Below are positions 48,159 to 58,419 of a DNA stretch of 64,000 bases, one piece after another. The stretch spans positions 128,001 to 192,000 of the forward strand of contig JBGPGO010000002.1 in NCBI GenBank assembly GCA_041483895.1. Direction: 5' to 3'. The DNA is from Fimbriimonadia bacterium. GTDB taxonomy: Bacteria; Armatimonadota; Fimbriimonadia; Fimbriimonadales; JABRVX01. Under the pieces are notes generated by a model. It saw nothing but the letters and a program-made list of their open reading frames with translations, searched no databases and was not told where the DNA came from. The stretch's first letter is position 1, and the number at the start of each line of letters is the position of its first letter. The position numbers were made by a program, and so were the translations under genes.

Positions 48159-50714
48159 ATGCGAACTTTGGCATTCTGCATATTTCTTTCGATTATTGCG
48201 AATAGTGACGGCCAGCTGCAGCCCGGCAGCCCGTGGCCGATGGCGAATCACGATGCCCAGAACACGGGATTCGCCGATAAGGCTGTCGTCAATCAATCGC
48301 TTGGATATTTCTTTTATCCGAGCAGTGGCTCAGCAGTCATCGACATTGACGGAAGCATAATTGTAAATGGATACCGCCATTTGATGTCAATTTCTGGAGA
48401 TGGGTCCACAAGATGGTCTGTCGAGCTGCAGTTTTACGTTTCGCCGCCGGTCATTTCAGCCGGCGGCGCGATTTATGTTGCAGGCTACCCCGGCCGTCTC
48501 TTGGCATTCGATCGAGCAGGACAATCCATTTGGACCTTCCAGGCAGGCGATGAGATTCCATATTCGCCCGCGATTGGCGTTGATGGGAGAATCTACTTTG
48601 CCGCCAGTGATGGCAAGGCATACTGTGTAAATCCTGATGGCACTCTATCGTGGTCGGTTGATATAGGGGGCTTTCCTGGCGGAGCATGCAGTATCGATGA
48701 CCAGGGCGTCTTATACTTTCCCCTGCAGAACGGCGTACTTGTTGCAGTTACACCTGCAGGCGCAATCTCATGGTCTCTGCAGACACCCAGCGATATTTCC
48801 ATTAGTACTGCAATTCGACACGATGGCGCCTTAATTGTTGCGGGAAGACAAGATTACGGAAAGAGTGGTTTTTTGGCGGCCATTCGCCCCGATGGCAATG
48901 TGATTTGGCAGAACACGGTGACCCATAGCTCGGCGACCTTGATGATTGGGCCTGACGACACGATTTACAGTTCTGGTGGCTCGTTTCTTTATGCATACGA
49001 CACCGCCGGACATCTGAAATGGTCAGTGAGTGTTGGCCTCGGCCCAATTGCGCTTCGGCTAGGGCCGCGCGGAAGAATCTACTGTGGTCCTTGGCTTTTG
49101 GATTCTGATGGACGATTGATCGGGCACGGTGCGATGTCTAAGGGCGCTGACTTCGTTACTGCGGACGGATCTCTGTCTGACGGCCGGGGCCTTTGGCATC
49201 AAAGAGGAGATGTTACTTGGTCCTCCTCGTCTGTTGTGCCGACAATATCCGGCGCCTTGGGAAGGAACGGAAGACTCTACTGCACTACTGCCGACAACAA
49301 CCTTACGGCGCTCGATGCAGACAACCGGATCTTATGGCAGACGAAATTGGTCGCGCCCCGATCTGTGTGGGTAGGCGCCGATGACACAGCCTATGTATTC
49401 GGTATGAATCGAGTAGGTGTGACGGCGGTCGACGACACGGGAAAAGTACGATGGAAGTTTAACAATGGGGTTTCGTTGACATACCTTGCTGGATTGTCCA
49501 ATGGCACCTCCATCTTCTCTGATCATAACCACATCTACGCGGAATCCCTTTCTGGCACAGCTTTGTATACTTTCAGTTTTAGTCCGAATGACGCCGGCGC
49601 CGTTCTCGGGGAGGACGGCCTTTTGTACGTTTGTCCAACGGACGGCCGGTGGATTGCCATTCGTCCCGAAGATGGAAGTATCTTGAGCACGTTGACGTTT
49701 CCCGCGCCAATTAGCGCGGGAAACGTTCTTCGTGACGGCTCAAGTTATCTGACCTCCCGCTCGGGAACCCTGTACCATCTGGAATCGGATCAGAGTGTTG
49801 GTTGGCAAATCGATCTTGCGCCCGGGCTCGAGCCGCAGGTTGCTCCTGACGGCACCATTTACTTGGTAGCTCCTCATAGTTCGAATCCAGCCGATTTATA
49901 CTGTATAAACGCGGACGGTAGCCTCCGCTGGGAAACGACGATCCCCCAAGAGGTGGAGGTACCTCCTCTCATCGCGCCAGATGGTACCGTTTACGTATGG
50001 ACGCGCTATACCGGCGGGTCTTATAGCTCGCTTTTGTATTCATTCAAGCCTGATGGGACCCCTATTTTGGTCGATTGGCGCATTTCGCCCTCCGCTACGT
50101 TCGGGTTTGATGAAGGGCTTCTCGTGCTATTTGATCAGTCAGGAAATCTGATCGGACTAAGACCTGATGGAGCAGCTGAGTGGGCGATAGGCACCGCAGG
50201 AACGTCGGCTAGCTGGATCGGAAGACGACACGGCAATTTCACGGCATGCGCCAGTTTCTCCGGAATCTACGAATTTCGGCCGTGGACAAGGCATGTGACG
50301 GGTCAGGTAGGTCGGGAGAATCTGACTGGATTGCCTGGCTGGGAGACATTGCAAATGACCCTTCACGAACACTCTAGACTAGGCCCGCCGTTGGAATTCA
50401 CGCACGCCCTGTCGCCAGAAGGGTCATTCGATGCTTGGGTACCACCTTCCGTTTTCGACCTTACAGCGAAGACCACGAATTGGCTCGCGAAAAGGATAGA
50501 CAATCTTGACACGAAGACCGATGACAGGAGCGGGGTTCAGTACCCTTTGGCCAATGGGGACGCCAACTTCGACAATGCAGTTAATATCAAGGACTTAAAC
50601 TCCATCTTCGTCGCGTTCGGGACATCAGACGCGGACATTGATCGGGATGGAGCGACTGACTTGGCCGATTTAACGATCATTGTTGCGAACTTTGGACTCA
50701 TTGGTGACGATTGA
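48159..50714 (+). CDS. Secreted PQQ-like (BamB-type) multi-propeller protein with C-terminal dockerin-like tail
   Basis: SPWPMANHDAQNTG, many P.I..DG.IY....Y..NPDGT..W repeats; NGDANFDNAVNIKDL..DIDRDGATDLADL. Confidence 0.88.
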   Translation: MRTLAFCIFLSIIANSDGQLQPGSPWPMANHDAQNTGFADKAVVNQSLGYFFYPSSGSAVIDIDGSIIVNGYRHLMSISGDGSTRWSVELQFYVSPPVISAGGAIYVAGYPGRLLAFDRAGQSIWTFQAGDEIPYSPAIGVDGRIYFAASDGKAYCVNPDGTLSWSVDIGGFPGGACSIDDQGVLYFPLQNGVLVAVTPAGAISWSLQTPSDISISTAIRHDGALIVAGRQDYGKSGFLAAIRPDGNVIWQNTVTHSSATLMIGPDDTIYSSGGSFLYAYDTAGHLKWSVSVGLGPIALRLGPRGRIYCGPWLLDSDGRLIGHGAMSKGADFVTADGSLSDGRGLWHQRGDVTWSSSSVVPTISGALGRNGRLYCTTADNNLTALDADNRILWQTKLVAPRSVWVGADDTAYVFGMNRVGVTAVDDTGKVRWKFNNGVSLTYLAGLSNGTSIFSDHNHIYAESLSGTALYTFSFSPNDAGAVLGEDGLLYVCPTDGRWIAIRPEDGSILSTLTFPAPISAGNVLRDGSSYLTSRSGTLYHLESDQSVGWQIDLAPGLEPQVAPDGTIYLVAPHSSNPADLYCINADGSLRWETTIPQEVEVPPLIAPDGTVYVWTRYTGGSYSSLLYSFKPDGTPILVDWRISPSATFGFDEGLLVLFDQSGNLIGLRPDGAAEWAIGTAGTSASWIGRRHGNFTACASFSGIYEFRPWTRHVTGQVGRENLTGLPGWETLQMTLHEHSRLGPPLEFTHALSPEGSFDAWVPPSVFDLTAKTTNWLAKRIDNLDTKTDDRSGVQYPLANGDANFDNAVNIKDLNSIFVAFGTSDADIDRDGATDLADLTIIVANFGLIGDD

Positions 50715-50855
50715 GCGTCTTTGCACGGTGACATTCATCCCACCGGGGCATGTCAACCGAGCTAACTTTCGCCGACACCCGACGGCGAAAGGATTCCCCT
50801 TTGCTTCATCCCTCCAGAAAAGTGTGGGTTAGCACTGGGTGTATTAGGATTTCAC

Positions 50856-50930
50856 CCCTCAACTAGTTCTCCATACGCCGACAAGACTTGGTTTACACTT
50901 CTGACAGGACATCGTTGACACTTTCGACAA
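50856..50930 (+). repeat. Copy of the CCTCAAC/TGACAGGAC modular repeat with tandem 23-bp units
   Basis: CCCTCAAC..GACAAGACTTGGTTTACACTTCT-GACAGGACATCGTTGACACTTTC-GACAA. Confidence 0.8.
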
Positions 50931-51060
50931 AGGAAAAGGATGCCATTTCGGGAAGTGCTGAGTACCAGGTGGCGCGTTGCAACGCCTAAACAATCAAATT
51001 GTGGAGGTGCCCGGAGGGTACAATCCTGATCCGGTCCGATGAGGCCGTCAGGAGCAAGCA

Positions 51061-52407
51061 ATGGGAAATCGGTTGGCAATCTTTTCCCTCGACGAATTCG
51101 TCTTCGGCGATGCTCCACACCCCGTAACCACCCGAACCGGACTGAAAATCGGCGGTGGGACGGTCATCCCGGAGATCAACTTCACCCTCCCCACCATCGA
51201 AATCAATGACGAAAACTGGCCGGAGATTCGGCGGCAGTACTCACAGATGATCGAGGGCGTGTGCCGGCGCGCTGTGGAGTTGGAAGTTTCGGGGCTGCTC
51301 GTCGAATTCGAGACCCTCCCCGCGATGACCGAGCGCCCGCAGTGGGGGCTCGAGATCACACGGCTTTTGGCGGAGGCATTACAGACATACCGAGACAGGC
51401 ACGGCCTCGTCACCGCCCTGCGCCTCACGCCGAACGACAACCGGGACATGCAGCGGCCGCCCGCCATGCGCTCGAGCCGCTATTGGGACGGGATGCGCGA
51501 GATGTTCCGGGGGGCCGCGGATGCCGGGGCCGACCTGATCGCCATCGAATCGACGGGCGGCAAAGAGGTGAGCGACGAGGCGCTGATGGCCTGCGACGTG
51601 CGGGCGATGGTGTTCGCGCTCGGCGTGCTGGCCCCGCGCGACATGGCGTTTTTGTGGGGGGAGATTGTGGACGCGTGCCGTTCGACCGGAATCTTGCCTT
51701 CGGGCGACACGGCCTGCGGGTTCGCCAACACGGCGATGGTGCTGGCGGAGCAAAAACTGATTCCGCGCATATTCGCTGCGCTGGTGCGGGTCGCCTCCGT
51801 GCCGCGCGGACTTGTGGCGTACGAGGCCGGGGCGGTCGGGCCGAGCAAAGACTGCGCGTATGAAGGACCGTATTTCAAGGCGATCTGCGGCGTACCGATC
51901 TCGATGGAAGGGCGGTCGGCGGCATGCGCGCATCTGAGTCCTATCGGAAACATCTCGCAGGCGGTGTGCGATTGCTGGTCCAACGAATCGGTGCAGAACG
52001 TGCGGCTGCTCAGCACGTTTGCGCCGACGGTTTCGCTGGAGCAGCTTGCGTATGATTGCCGGCTGATGAACGCCGCGACAGACCGGCGGCTGCTGCGCGA
52101 TTGGCTTGTGGAATCGGACGCCGGGCTGGACCCTCAGGCATGGGTGCTACGGCCGGATGTTGTGCTGCGGCTGTCGGAGCGGATTGTCGCGGAGGAGTCG
52201 CCGTATCGCCGGACGCGGGCGGCTGTGTTGGCGACGCTGGAGGAGCTGCGGTCGGGATGTGTGCGAATTCCGGAGAACGAGGTGCGTTGGCTGGATATGC
52301 TTTCGGCCCAAGCGGAGACCTTGCCGGAGGATGAAAACGAATTTATCAGTCAGGTGCTGCCGGAAATTGGCTCGGCGCCTCACTTGGTGCGGGAATATGG
52401 GATGTAG
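51061..52407 (+). CDS. mtaB: Methanol:corrinoid methyltransferase MtaB-family protein
   Basis: FVFG.APHPV..GLKIGGG.VIPEIN, IESTGGKE, GDTACGFANTAM, GPSKDCAYEG, EGRSAACAH, WSNESV; AGGAG RBS. Confidence 0.87.
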   Translation: MGNRLAIFSLDEFVFGDAPHPVTTRTGLKIGGGTVIPEINFTLPTIEINDENWPEIRRQYSQMIEGVCRRAVELEVSGLLVEFETLPAMTERPQWGLEITRLLAEALQTYRDRHGLVTALRLTPNDNRDMQRPPAMRSSRYWDGMREMFRGAADAGADLIAIESTGGKEVSDEALMACDVRAMVFALGVLAPRDMAFLWGEIVDACRSTGILPSGDTACGFANTAMVLAEQKLIPRIFAALVRVASVPRGLVAYEAGAVGPSKDCAYEGPYFKAICGVPISMEGRSAACAHLSPIGNISQAVCDCWSNESVQNVRLLSTFAPTVSLEQLAYDCRLMNAATDRRLLRDWLVESDAGLDPQAWVLRPDVVLRLSERIVAEESPYRRTRAAVLATLEELRSGCVRIPENEVRWLDMLSAQAETLPEDENEFISQVLPEIGSAPHLVREYGM

Positions 52408-52434
52408 CGGTATTTCCATAGGAAGGTGGATGCG

Positions 52435-54555
52435 ATGTATTGTGAGAAGATCGGTTTGCCGATGGCGGCGATCCTATTCATGCTCCTTGCGAGCGTATGC
52501 GATTCGGCGGTTGTAAAGGTGCGGGTTCCCCAAGCCGATCGCGCGAATCCCCGCGTGTCCTACGCGGAACGCATCCTCACGTCGGCGCGCTTCACACGCG
52601 ACGTCGTCCTCACGATTGACCCCAAGATTGGAAATCCCGAGGGGTTCACTATCAAGTCGGATATAAGGGGCGCAACCGTCTCCGGAGGGGGACCGGCCGG
52701 CCTTCTCTACGGCGCGCAAGAACTAGTCAACCAGAAGAGGGAAGGCAAACTGGCGGACACCTCGCAGAAGCCTGATTTCGGACTGCGTGGCAACGCCTTG
52801 TTCCTCATGAAGGAGGCCAGCTACGACTTTCAACTCACGCCAAAGGAGTTCCCCTGGTTCTACGACAAAGCGTTGCTCACGAAGTACCTGGACTATCTAT
52901 TTGCGAACCGTTTCAATACGATCTTTCTGTGGAGCGGCTGTCTGTTTCCGAGCATCGTTGAGATGCCCGAGTACCCGGACGCCACCGATCTATCGCGGGA
53001 GCAGCTTCTACAGAATCAGGCGCAATTCCGTTGGTTCACCGACGAATGCGCGAAGCGCAACATCAGCGTATTGATGCACTTCTACAGCATCCAGATCCCC
53101 GGTCCGATGGCGAAAGCCCGCAACATTCCGCTCAACTATAATCAACCGACCGAATTCACCGCCAAACTGATCAAGTATTGCCTGTCGCGATTTCTGACAG
53201 AGTTCAAGTCGGTAGGACTTTATGTCTGTCCTGGGGAAGCGCTCGATCCCAAGTACACGGCGCAATGGATCAATGACATCGTCCTTTCGGCGGCGAAGGA
53301 GTGCGGGCACAACCCGGCGGTCGTCGTGCGGGACTGGGGATTGGATGCCGAGGGGTTCAAGAGGGACTGCATCAATCAGTATGAGAATCTCTTTGTCGAG
53401 CTGAAGCATAACATCGAAATGATCGTGAGTCCCGTCCCAGATGATCGGCATCAAATATGGCGGAACGTGGGCCGGAAACATATCGTCAACCTGCACGAAG
53501 TCGCCGATGTGAAACCGTTCCGGTGGGGCAGTCCGACGTTCATCCAAGAGATGACCGAGGAGTGGAAGAAGGCCGGAATCAACGGCGCCGAAATCTACAG
53601 CATGGTCAGTTGGCGATGGCCCTATTCATGCGACAAGCTTGAGCCGCAGCAGCAGGGATTCTGGCCGGAAGGAAAAAAGCTGATCACCTTCGAGCGTGAT
53701 TGGATCTGGTTGGAGGCGATGGGGCGATATTTGTGGAAGATCGAACGGGATCCGAAGGCGGAGGCGGCGTATTGGGATGACAGGTTGTCGCAGCGGTTCG
53801 GCGCCAAGGCGGGAAAGCTCATGCGTCAGTGGTATGAGCGAACAGGACCGATTCTCCCAGGACTGCAGAATCTGACAAGCGTGCAGAATATGAACTGGCA
53901 TCCCACGGCGATAGGCAAGGAGCAGACGGTAGATGCAATTTTGGCGGCGCGAGTAATTCCCGGATCGAAAGCATCTCCCCAATCCAACTATGTCTCCAAG
54001 CCCGTGGACAGCTATTTCTTCGAGCGATACAAGCGCGAGTATCATCAGCCCTCTCTCAAGAATAGGATGAGCATGCCGGTATCCGAATATGCCACCAAGC
54101 TCGCGGACGCCGGCTCGGCAATGACGCCGAACAGGATTACGGCGCTTATGGTAAAGCTGGCGCAAGAATCCTTGGAACTTGCCAAAAAGTCAGCGGCGGC
54201 AGCCACTCAGAATCGCGAGGAGGCGGATCGGTTCGTGACAGACAGCGAGGCTCTCCTTCTTATCGCGCAGGCATGGGATCACAAGATCAACGCCGCTATC
54301 ATGAAGGGCGCGTGGCAGAAGACTCACAAGCAAGAATATGCGGACACGTGCCTCCATCGGCTACAAGAAGCGATTGAGGTTTACCAGAAGCTGGTTGAGC
54401 TCACGGACCATACGTACATTAATGCCACCGACATGATTCTAAGCCTCAATTGGCACAAAGGACTCGAAGCGTTCAAAAGCGATTTGGCCGCGCAGGAGAA
54501 AGTGCTGGGACAGGTTGGAACAACATCCCACCCAAGCGCGTTGCCTGAATCTTGA
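52435..54555 (+). CDS. Secreted GH138-like alpha-galacturonidase
   Basis: TPKEFPWFYDK..KYLD.L.ANRFN..LW, VGLYVCPGEA, PFRWGSP.F, WPYSCDKL, RDWIW recall Bacteroides BT0997 (GH138). Confidence 0.75.
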   Translation: MYCEKIGLPMAAILFMLLASVCDSAVVKVRVPQADRANPRVSYAERILTSARFTRDVVLTIDPKIGNPEGFTIKSDIRGATVSGGGPAGLLYGAQELVNQKREGKLADTSQKPDFGLRGNALFLMKEASYDFQLTPKEFPWFYDKALLTKYLDYLFANRFNTIFLWSGCLFPSIVEMPEYPDATDLSREQLLQNQAQFRWFTDECAKRNISVLMHFYSIQIPGPMAKARNIPLNYNQPTEFTAKLIKYCLSRFLTEFKSVGLYVCPGEALDPKYTAQWINDIVLSAAKECGHNPAVVVRDWGLDAEGFKRDCINQYENLFVELKHNIEMIVSPVPDDRHQIWRNVGRKHIVNLHEVADVKPFRWGSPTFIQEMTEEWKKAGINGAEIYSMVSWRWPYSCDKLEPQQQGFWPEGKKLITFERDWIWLEAMGRYLWKIERDPKAEAAYWDDRLSQRFGAKAGKLMRQWYERTGPILPGLQNLTSVQNMNWHPTAIGKEQTVDAILAARVIPGSKASPQSNYVSKPVDSYFFERYKREYHQPSLKNRMSMPVSEYATKLADAGSAMTPNRITALMVKLAQESLELAKKSAAAATQNREEADRFVTDSEALLLIAQAWDHKINAAIMKGAWQKTHKQEYADTCLHRLQEAIEVYQKLVELTDHTYINATDMILSLNWHKGLEAFKSDLAAQEKVLGQVGTTSHPSALPES

Positions 54556-54602
54556 TTCAGAGGACAAGAGGGAGGGGCCGCTGTGCGCAGTATTTGGCCG
54601 GT

Positions 54603-57600
54603 ATGAACGATGTTCGACGGGTCGGCCCCGCCCTCTTGCTGGTATTGATCTTGCAGGGCGCTGCACAGGTGCCTAAGGACGGCTTCTTGGGGCTCGGGGG
54701 ATTTCGCTGCATCGATCTGCGGCCGTTTGCCAACGACCATTATCTGGACCTTTATCAAACCGGGTTTTGGTCCAATGCGTCGTTCCGAATGGATATTTGG
54801 AAGCGAATGGGGGTGCCGTATTGGTACCCAGCGGGTGCAGGGAACATTCGGGTGGCGGGAACGCAGTGGCGGCGGCCCGGGAATGATGTCGTCTCGGCGG
54901 CGGCCGTTGGGGCGGTGGCGGAGGCCCAACAGCCGGGAAACGGCGCGATTGCCAACGCAAACGATGGCAACCCGTTTAGCTACTGGTATGCGGGCGACAA
55001 CCATCCGAGCGGCAAACTATTGATCAAACTTAAGAACCCGCAGCCGATCCGGGAGGTGCGATTCTTGGCATGGTCGGAGCCGCGTCATGCGCCGAAAGAC
55101 TACACCATTGGTCTCATCCTGTCGGACGGCCGGCGCAAAGAGATCGCCTCGGTGCGGGGGGAGAAACGGCGGGGCGAATGGATATCGTTTCCTGCGGGCG
55201 AGATTGAGGCGAGCGGCGTGTATTTGGATGTGGCGACGACGATGGAGGGCGAACACGGGCCGGTTGTCTACGAGCTCCAGGCGCGCGGCCAGGAGCAACC
55301 CTCCGCACCGGGCTGTCCGAGCGAGGTCCTGATTCCCCTTCACGGATTGACTGCCAAGGAGGTGTTCTTTCTCGGGCAAGTCGGCGGCGGGTTTGATACG
55401 ACACCGGACGTCGAAACACCGGTCGGAGAGTATGTCTTCACGTATCAGGACGGTCGACTAGAGCGGGTACCGTTGATTGCCGGCAAGAACGTCGCTTCGA
55501 CCCAATACGGCAACTTTGTGCCGGAGGCGCAGTTTGCTTGGGGGCTGTGCGATCCGGAGGCGATCATGGAGGCGACCGCCAGAAAACTCAACTATCACTT
55601 GGACGATCGGGTCGAAGTCGAGCCGAAGCGTCAGTTGATGGTCGCCGGTTACAAGCTGGGCCGCCCGGACCAGCCTTTGCGCGAACTTACCTTTCGCTGC
55701 ACGAATCCAAAGTCATTTTTGATTCTTCAATGTCTCACGCTGCTGTCACGCGGGGAGAAGATGAACGCCCTGTTCTACAATGGCCGAAGGCTCGACCCGA
55801 CACCCAAGAACGCGCCGGGGGCAGGTGTCGCCTGGTCCGAAGTTACGCGGGATCAGTCGCGAGAGATCCGCCTGGACGGCGACTGGCGGTTTTGCATCGA
55901 TCCCGGCAATATGGGCATTCGCCACAACTGGTTCGCGGCAGGGTTTGAAGCGAAGGGCTGGGGCAAGATGCCGGTCCCGTCGCAGTGGTACGCGCAACGG
56001 CTGGACTACCATGGCGTCGTTTGGTTCCGGCGAAAGTTCAAGGTGCCGAAGAGCTTTCCGGGCAAAGTGTTGGAGCTGGATTTTCAACGTGTAGATTACG
56101 ATGCCCACGTGTGGGTCAACGGCAAATATGTTGGCCGGCACAAGGGCGCCTATTCATCGTTCAAGCTGGATGCGACCAAGGCAATCCGAAAGGGAGCTGT
56201 GAACGAGATCGTGGTCCGAGTGGACAGCCCGATCGATCCCGGTTATGAGGGCTACAAAACCCTGGCCAAAGGCAACGCGGTCAATGACATCGCAATGCCG
56301 TACGCGCAGGAAGGATCGATGGGAGGCATCTATCGGTCGGTGTTTTTGATCGGGCGCGGCGAGGCGACAGTGCGAGATGTCTGGACATGGAGTGAGATCG
56401 ATCCGACCCTCCGGAAGGCGACGGTGAAGGTCAGCTTTGATGTGGAGACGGACAGTCCGGCAAAAATCGTCTGCCGGCTAACGGAGCCGGCCACCTCCAA
56501 GAAGCCCCGCAGGTTCGAAGCCGAGAAGGTTCTGTCGAAGGGTCCGGCTGTCTTCTCCTTCGATATTGACCGACCGCTGCTCTGGTGGCCGTGGGAGCAG
56601 GGGGAGCCCAATCTCCACATGCTGGACATACAGATATGGAAGGGAGACGTCATCTCGGACCGCCAGGTCATGCGTATCGGAATCAAGCAGGTCACTCGCG
56701 ACCCGCAAGCCAACTGCCTCGTCGTCAACCACCATCGCATCTTTATCAACGGAACGCTGAACGATGACATTCACTGGCAATCGCTGATGGACCGTCGAGC
56801 CTATAAGTATCGTATTCAACTGCAAAAGGACGCAAATCTCAATCTGATACGATTGACCACGCATGAATCTTCTCCTGAGTTCTACGAGCTGTGCGATGAA
56901 ATGGGGATGATGGTTTGGCAGGAGATGCCGCTGCAGTGGAGCTATTCCTCCTCGTCGGGCGTGCGTGCCGATATTCTTAAGATTGTCACGGAGACCGTAA
57001 AGCAGACCCGCCCGCATGCGTGCGTCATCGGCTACTCCGCGTGGAATGAAGGCGGCCAGTATGGATTCACGGATCAGATCACGAGGCTAATCGCCGGCGA
57101 AGATCCGTCTCGGCCGATGTCGCGGGCATCGGGCGGAGGTGATTGGGACGTACACGTCTATCCGACCCAATGGCACAGCCTTAGCCGCCGGACGCCGCTC
57201 TGGTCTGGTCTTACCTTCGGATTTATCAGCGAAACGGGCGCCTATGGGATATCTGACCTTGCCCATCTGCGACAAATGTTTGGCGACGATCTGTTCCGAT
57301 ACGGCGGGGCGGAGTATTTTTGGGAGACCTTCGCATCCTATCGCCACGTCGATGGGCCGGCCTACATGGAATACCCACCGCCGCTGGAGTGGCCGATTGA
57401 CAAGATCGAGTCCTATGTTTATGACAGAGTCAATGAGAGTGAGCGGTTCTTTTGGCAGGCGATGAAGTCCATGTTCGAAACGGCGCGGGCGCAACGTTTC
57501 GATCCTACGACATCGCTCGTCTACTGCCGATTCGACGATGCGTTTCCGACAGCGTTTCTGGGTATGGTCAACTTCGTCGGCCAACCACTGAAATCGTATT

Positions 57601-58400
57601 ATGGTGTGAAGGAGGCGTGCCAGCAGGTTCTTCCCATTGTCATTTTCGACAGCCAAGGTGCGTCCGACGTGCGGGTTGTCAATGAATACTGGACGAAAGG
57701 ATGGAAAGGCTGCCGGCTGGATTATGTGCTGCGGTCGCGGGATGGAAAGGTCGTCAAGGAGGTTTCAAAGACGTTTGATTTGCCGGAAGATGCCGTCGCG
57801 AAAGTGCTGACGCGAGAGGAGATTGGGGACCTGTGGCACGTTCCTGGCGGGTTCTCGGCCGAACTGAAAATCACTGGCGCCAATGGCAAGGAATTGTCGG
57901 AGAACCACTACGACATGACCGCAGACGAAGTACACACATTTGTCACTTGCCTCTATCCTCTGCCTCCAATGGCTCCGTGTGACTCGACGATGCTATTGGC
58001 GAAGGATGCGATCGCCGACTCAGGCGTCACCGAAATCCAATCGACCGATTGCTACGGCCCATCGGTGCTCGCCTTGGAGGGCAGGCAGCCAACCGCGCGA
58101 TTTACCGCATCGGTAGATGGGGGTGGAGAATACTCGATTCGTGCGGCCTGTTCCTCCGGCGCCCTGCTCCATCAATATTCCCTGTATGTGGATGGCGCGC
58201 GCGCTACACTGGAGAGCTACCTTTGGCTGGACATGAACGAGCCGATTAGCCGGGGCTCTTATTCCTCGCTCGGTCTTGCCTGGTATCCGGGTTGGACGGT
58301 CCCATTGTCCAAAGGTCCGCATGCCATCGAGTTGAGGTGGGAAGGAGATCAACCGGCGCCAAGATTGGTGCTCGATGCAATCGCCATACAGCCACGATAG
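54603..58400 (+). CDS. GH2 glycoside hydrolase (beta-mannosidase-like) with discoidin/CBM-like modules
   Basis: LDGDWRF, YHGVVWFRR, VWVNGKYVG.H.G, LLWWPW, FYELCDEMGMMVWQE, WNE (acid/base), ISETG (nucleophile). Confidence 0.88.
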   Translation: MNDVRRVGPALLLVLILQGAAQVPKDGFLGLGGFRCIDLRPFANDHYLDLYQTGFWSNASFRMDIWKRMGVPYWYPAGAGNIRVAGTQWRRPGNDVVSAAAVGAVAEAQQPGNGAIANANDGNPFSYWYAGDNHPSGKLLIKLKNPQPIREVRFLAWSEPRHAPKDYTIGLILSDGRRKEIASVRGEKRRGEWISFPAGEIEASGVYLDVATTMEGEHGPVVYELQARGQEQPSAPGCPSEVLIPLHGLTAKEVFFLGQVGGGFDTTPDVETPVGEYVFTYQDGRLERVPLIAGKNVASTQYGNFVPEAQFAWGLCDPEAIMEATARKLNYHLDDRVEVEPKRQLMVAGYKLGRPDQPLRELTFRCTNPKSFLILQCLTLLSRGEKMNALFYNGRRLDPTPKNAPGAGVAWSEVTRDQSREIRLDGDWRFCIDPGNMGIRHNWFAAGFEAKGWGKMPVPSQWYAQRLDYHGVVWFRRKFKVPKSFPGKVLELDFQRVDYDAHVWVNGKYVGRHKGAYSSFKLDATKAIRKGAVNEIVVRVDSPIDPGYEGYKTLAKGNAVNDIAMPYAQEGSMGGIYRSVFLIGRGEATVRDVWTWSEIDPTLRKATVKVSFDVETDSPAKIVCRLTEPATSKKPRRFEAEKVLSKGPAVFSFDIDRPLLWWPWEQGEPNLHMLDIQIWKGDVISDRQVMRIGIKQVTRDPQANCLVVNHHRIFINGTLNDDIHWQSLMDRRAYKYRIQLQKDANLNLIRLTTHESSPEFYELCDEMGMMVWQEMPLQWSYSSSSGVRADILKIVTETVKQTRPHACVIGYSAWNEGGQYGFTDQITRLIAGEDPSRPMSRASGGGDWDVHVYPTQWHSLSRRTPLWSGLTFGFISETGAYGISDLAHLRQMFGDDLFRYGGAEYFWETFASYRHVDGPAYMEYPPPLEWPIDKIESYVYDRVNESERFFWQAMKSMFETARAQRFDPTTSLVYCRFDDAFPTAFLGMVNFVGQPLKSYYGVKEACQQVLPIVIFDSQGASDVRVVNEYWTKGWKGCRLDYVLRSRDGKVVKEVSKTFDLPEDAVAKVLTREEIGDLWHVPGGFSAELKITGANGKELSENHYDMTADEVHTFVTCLYPLPPMAPCDSTMLLAKDAIADSGVTEIQSTDCYGPSVLALEGRQPTARFTASVDGGGEYSIRAACSSGALLHQYSLYVDGARATLESYLWLDMNEPISRGSYSSLGLAWYPGWTVPLSKGPHAIELRWEGDQPAPRLVLDAIAIQPR

Positions 58401-58419
58401 GTGGCGCGCGAGTACGACC

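Noticed and set aside
50715..51060. Cobalamin riboswitch upstream of mtaB
   Set aside because: Only an isolated GGGAAG; I could not find the B12 box or GCCACTG core; an Infernal scan would settle it
51061..52407. Pyrrolysine read-through or methanogenesis pathway
   Set aside because: No in-frame TAG inside the ORF, MtaB is not a Pyl enzyme, and the context is bacterial with no mcr genes
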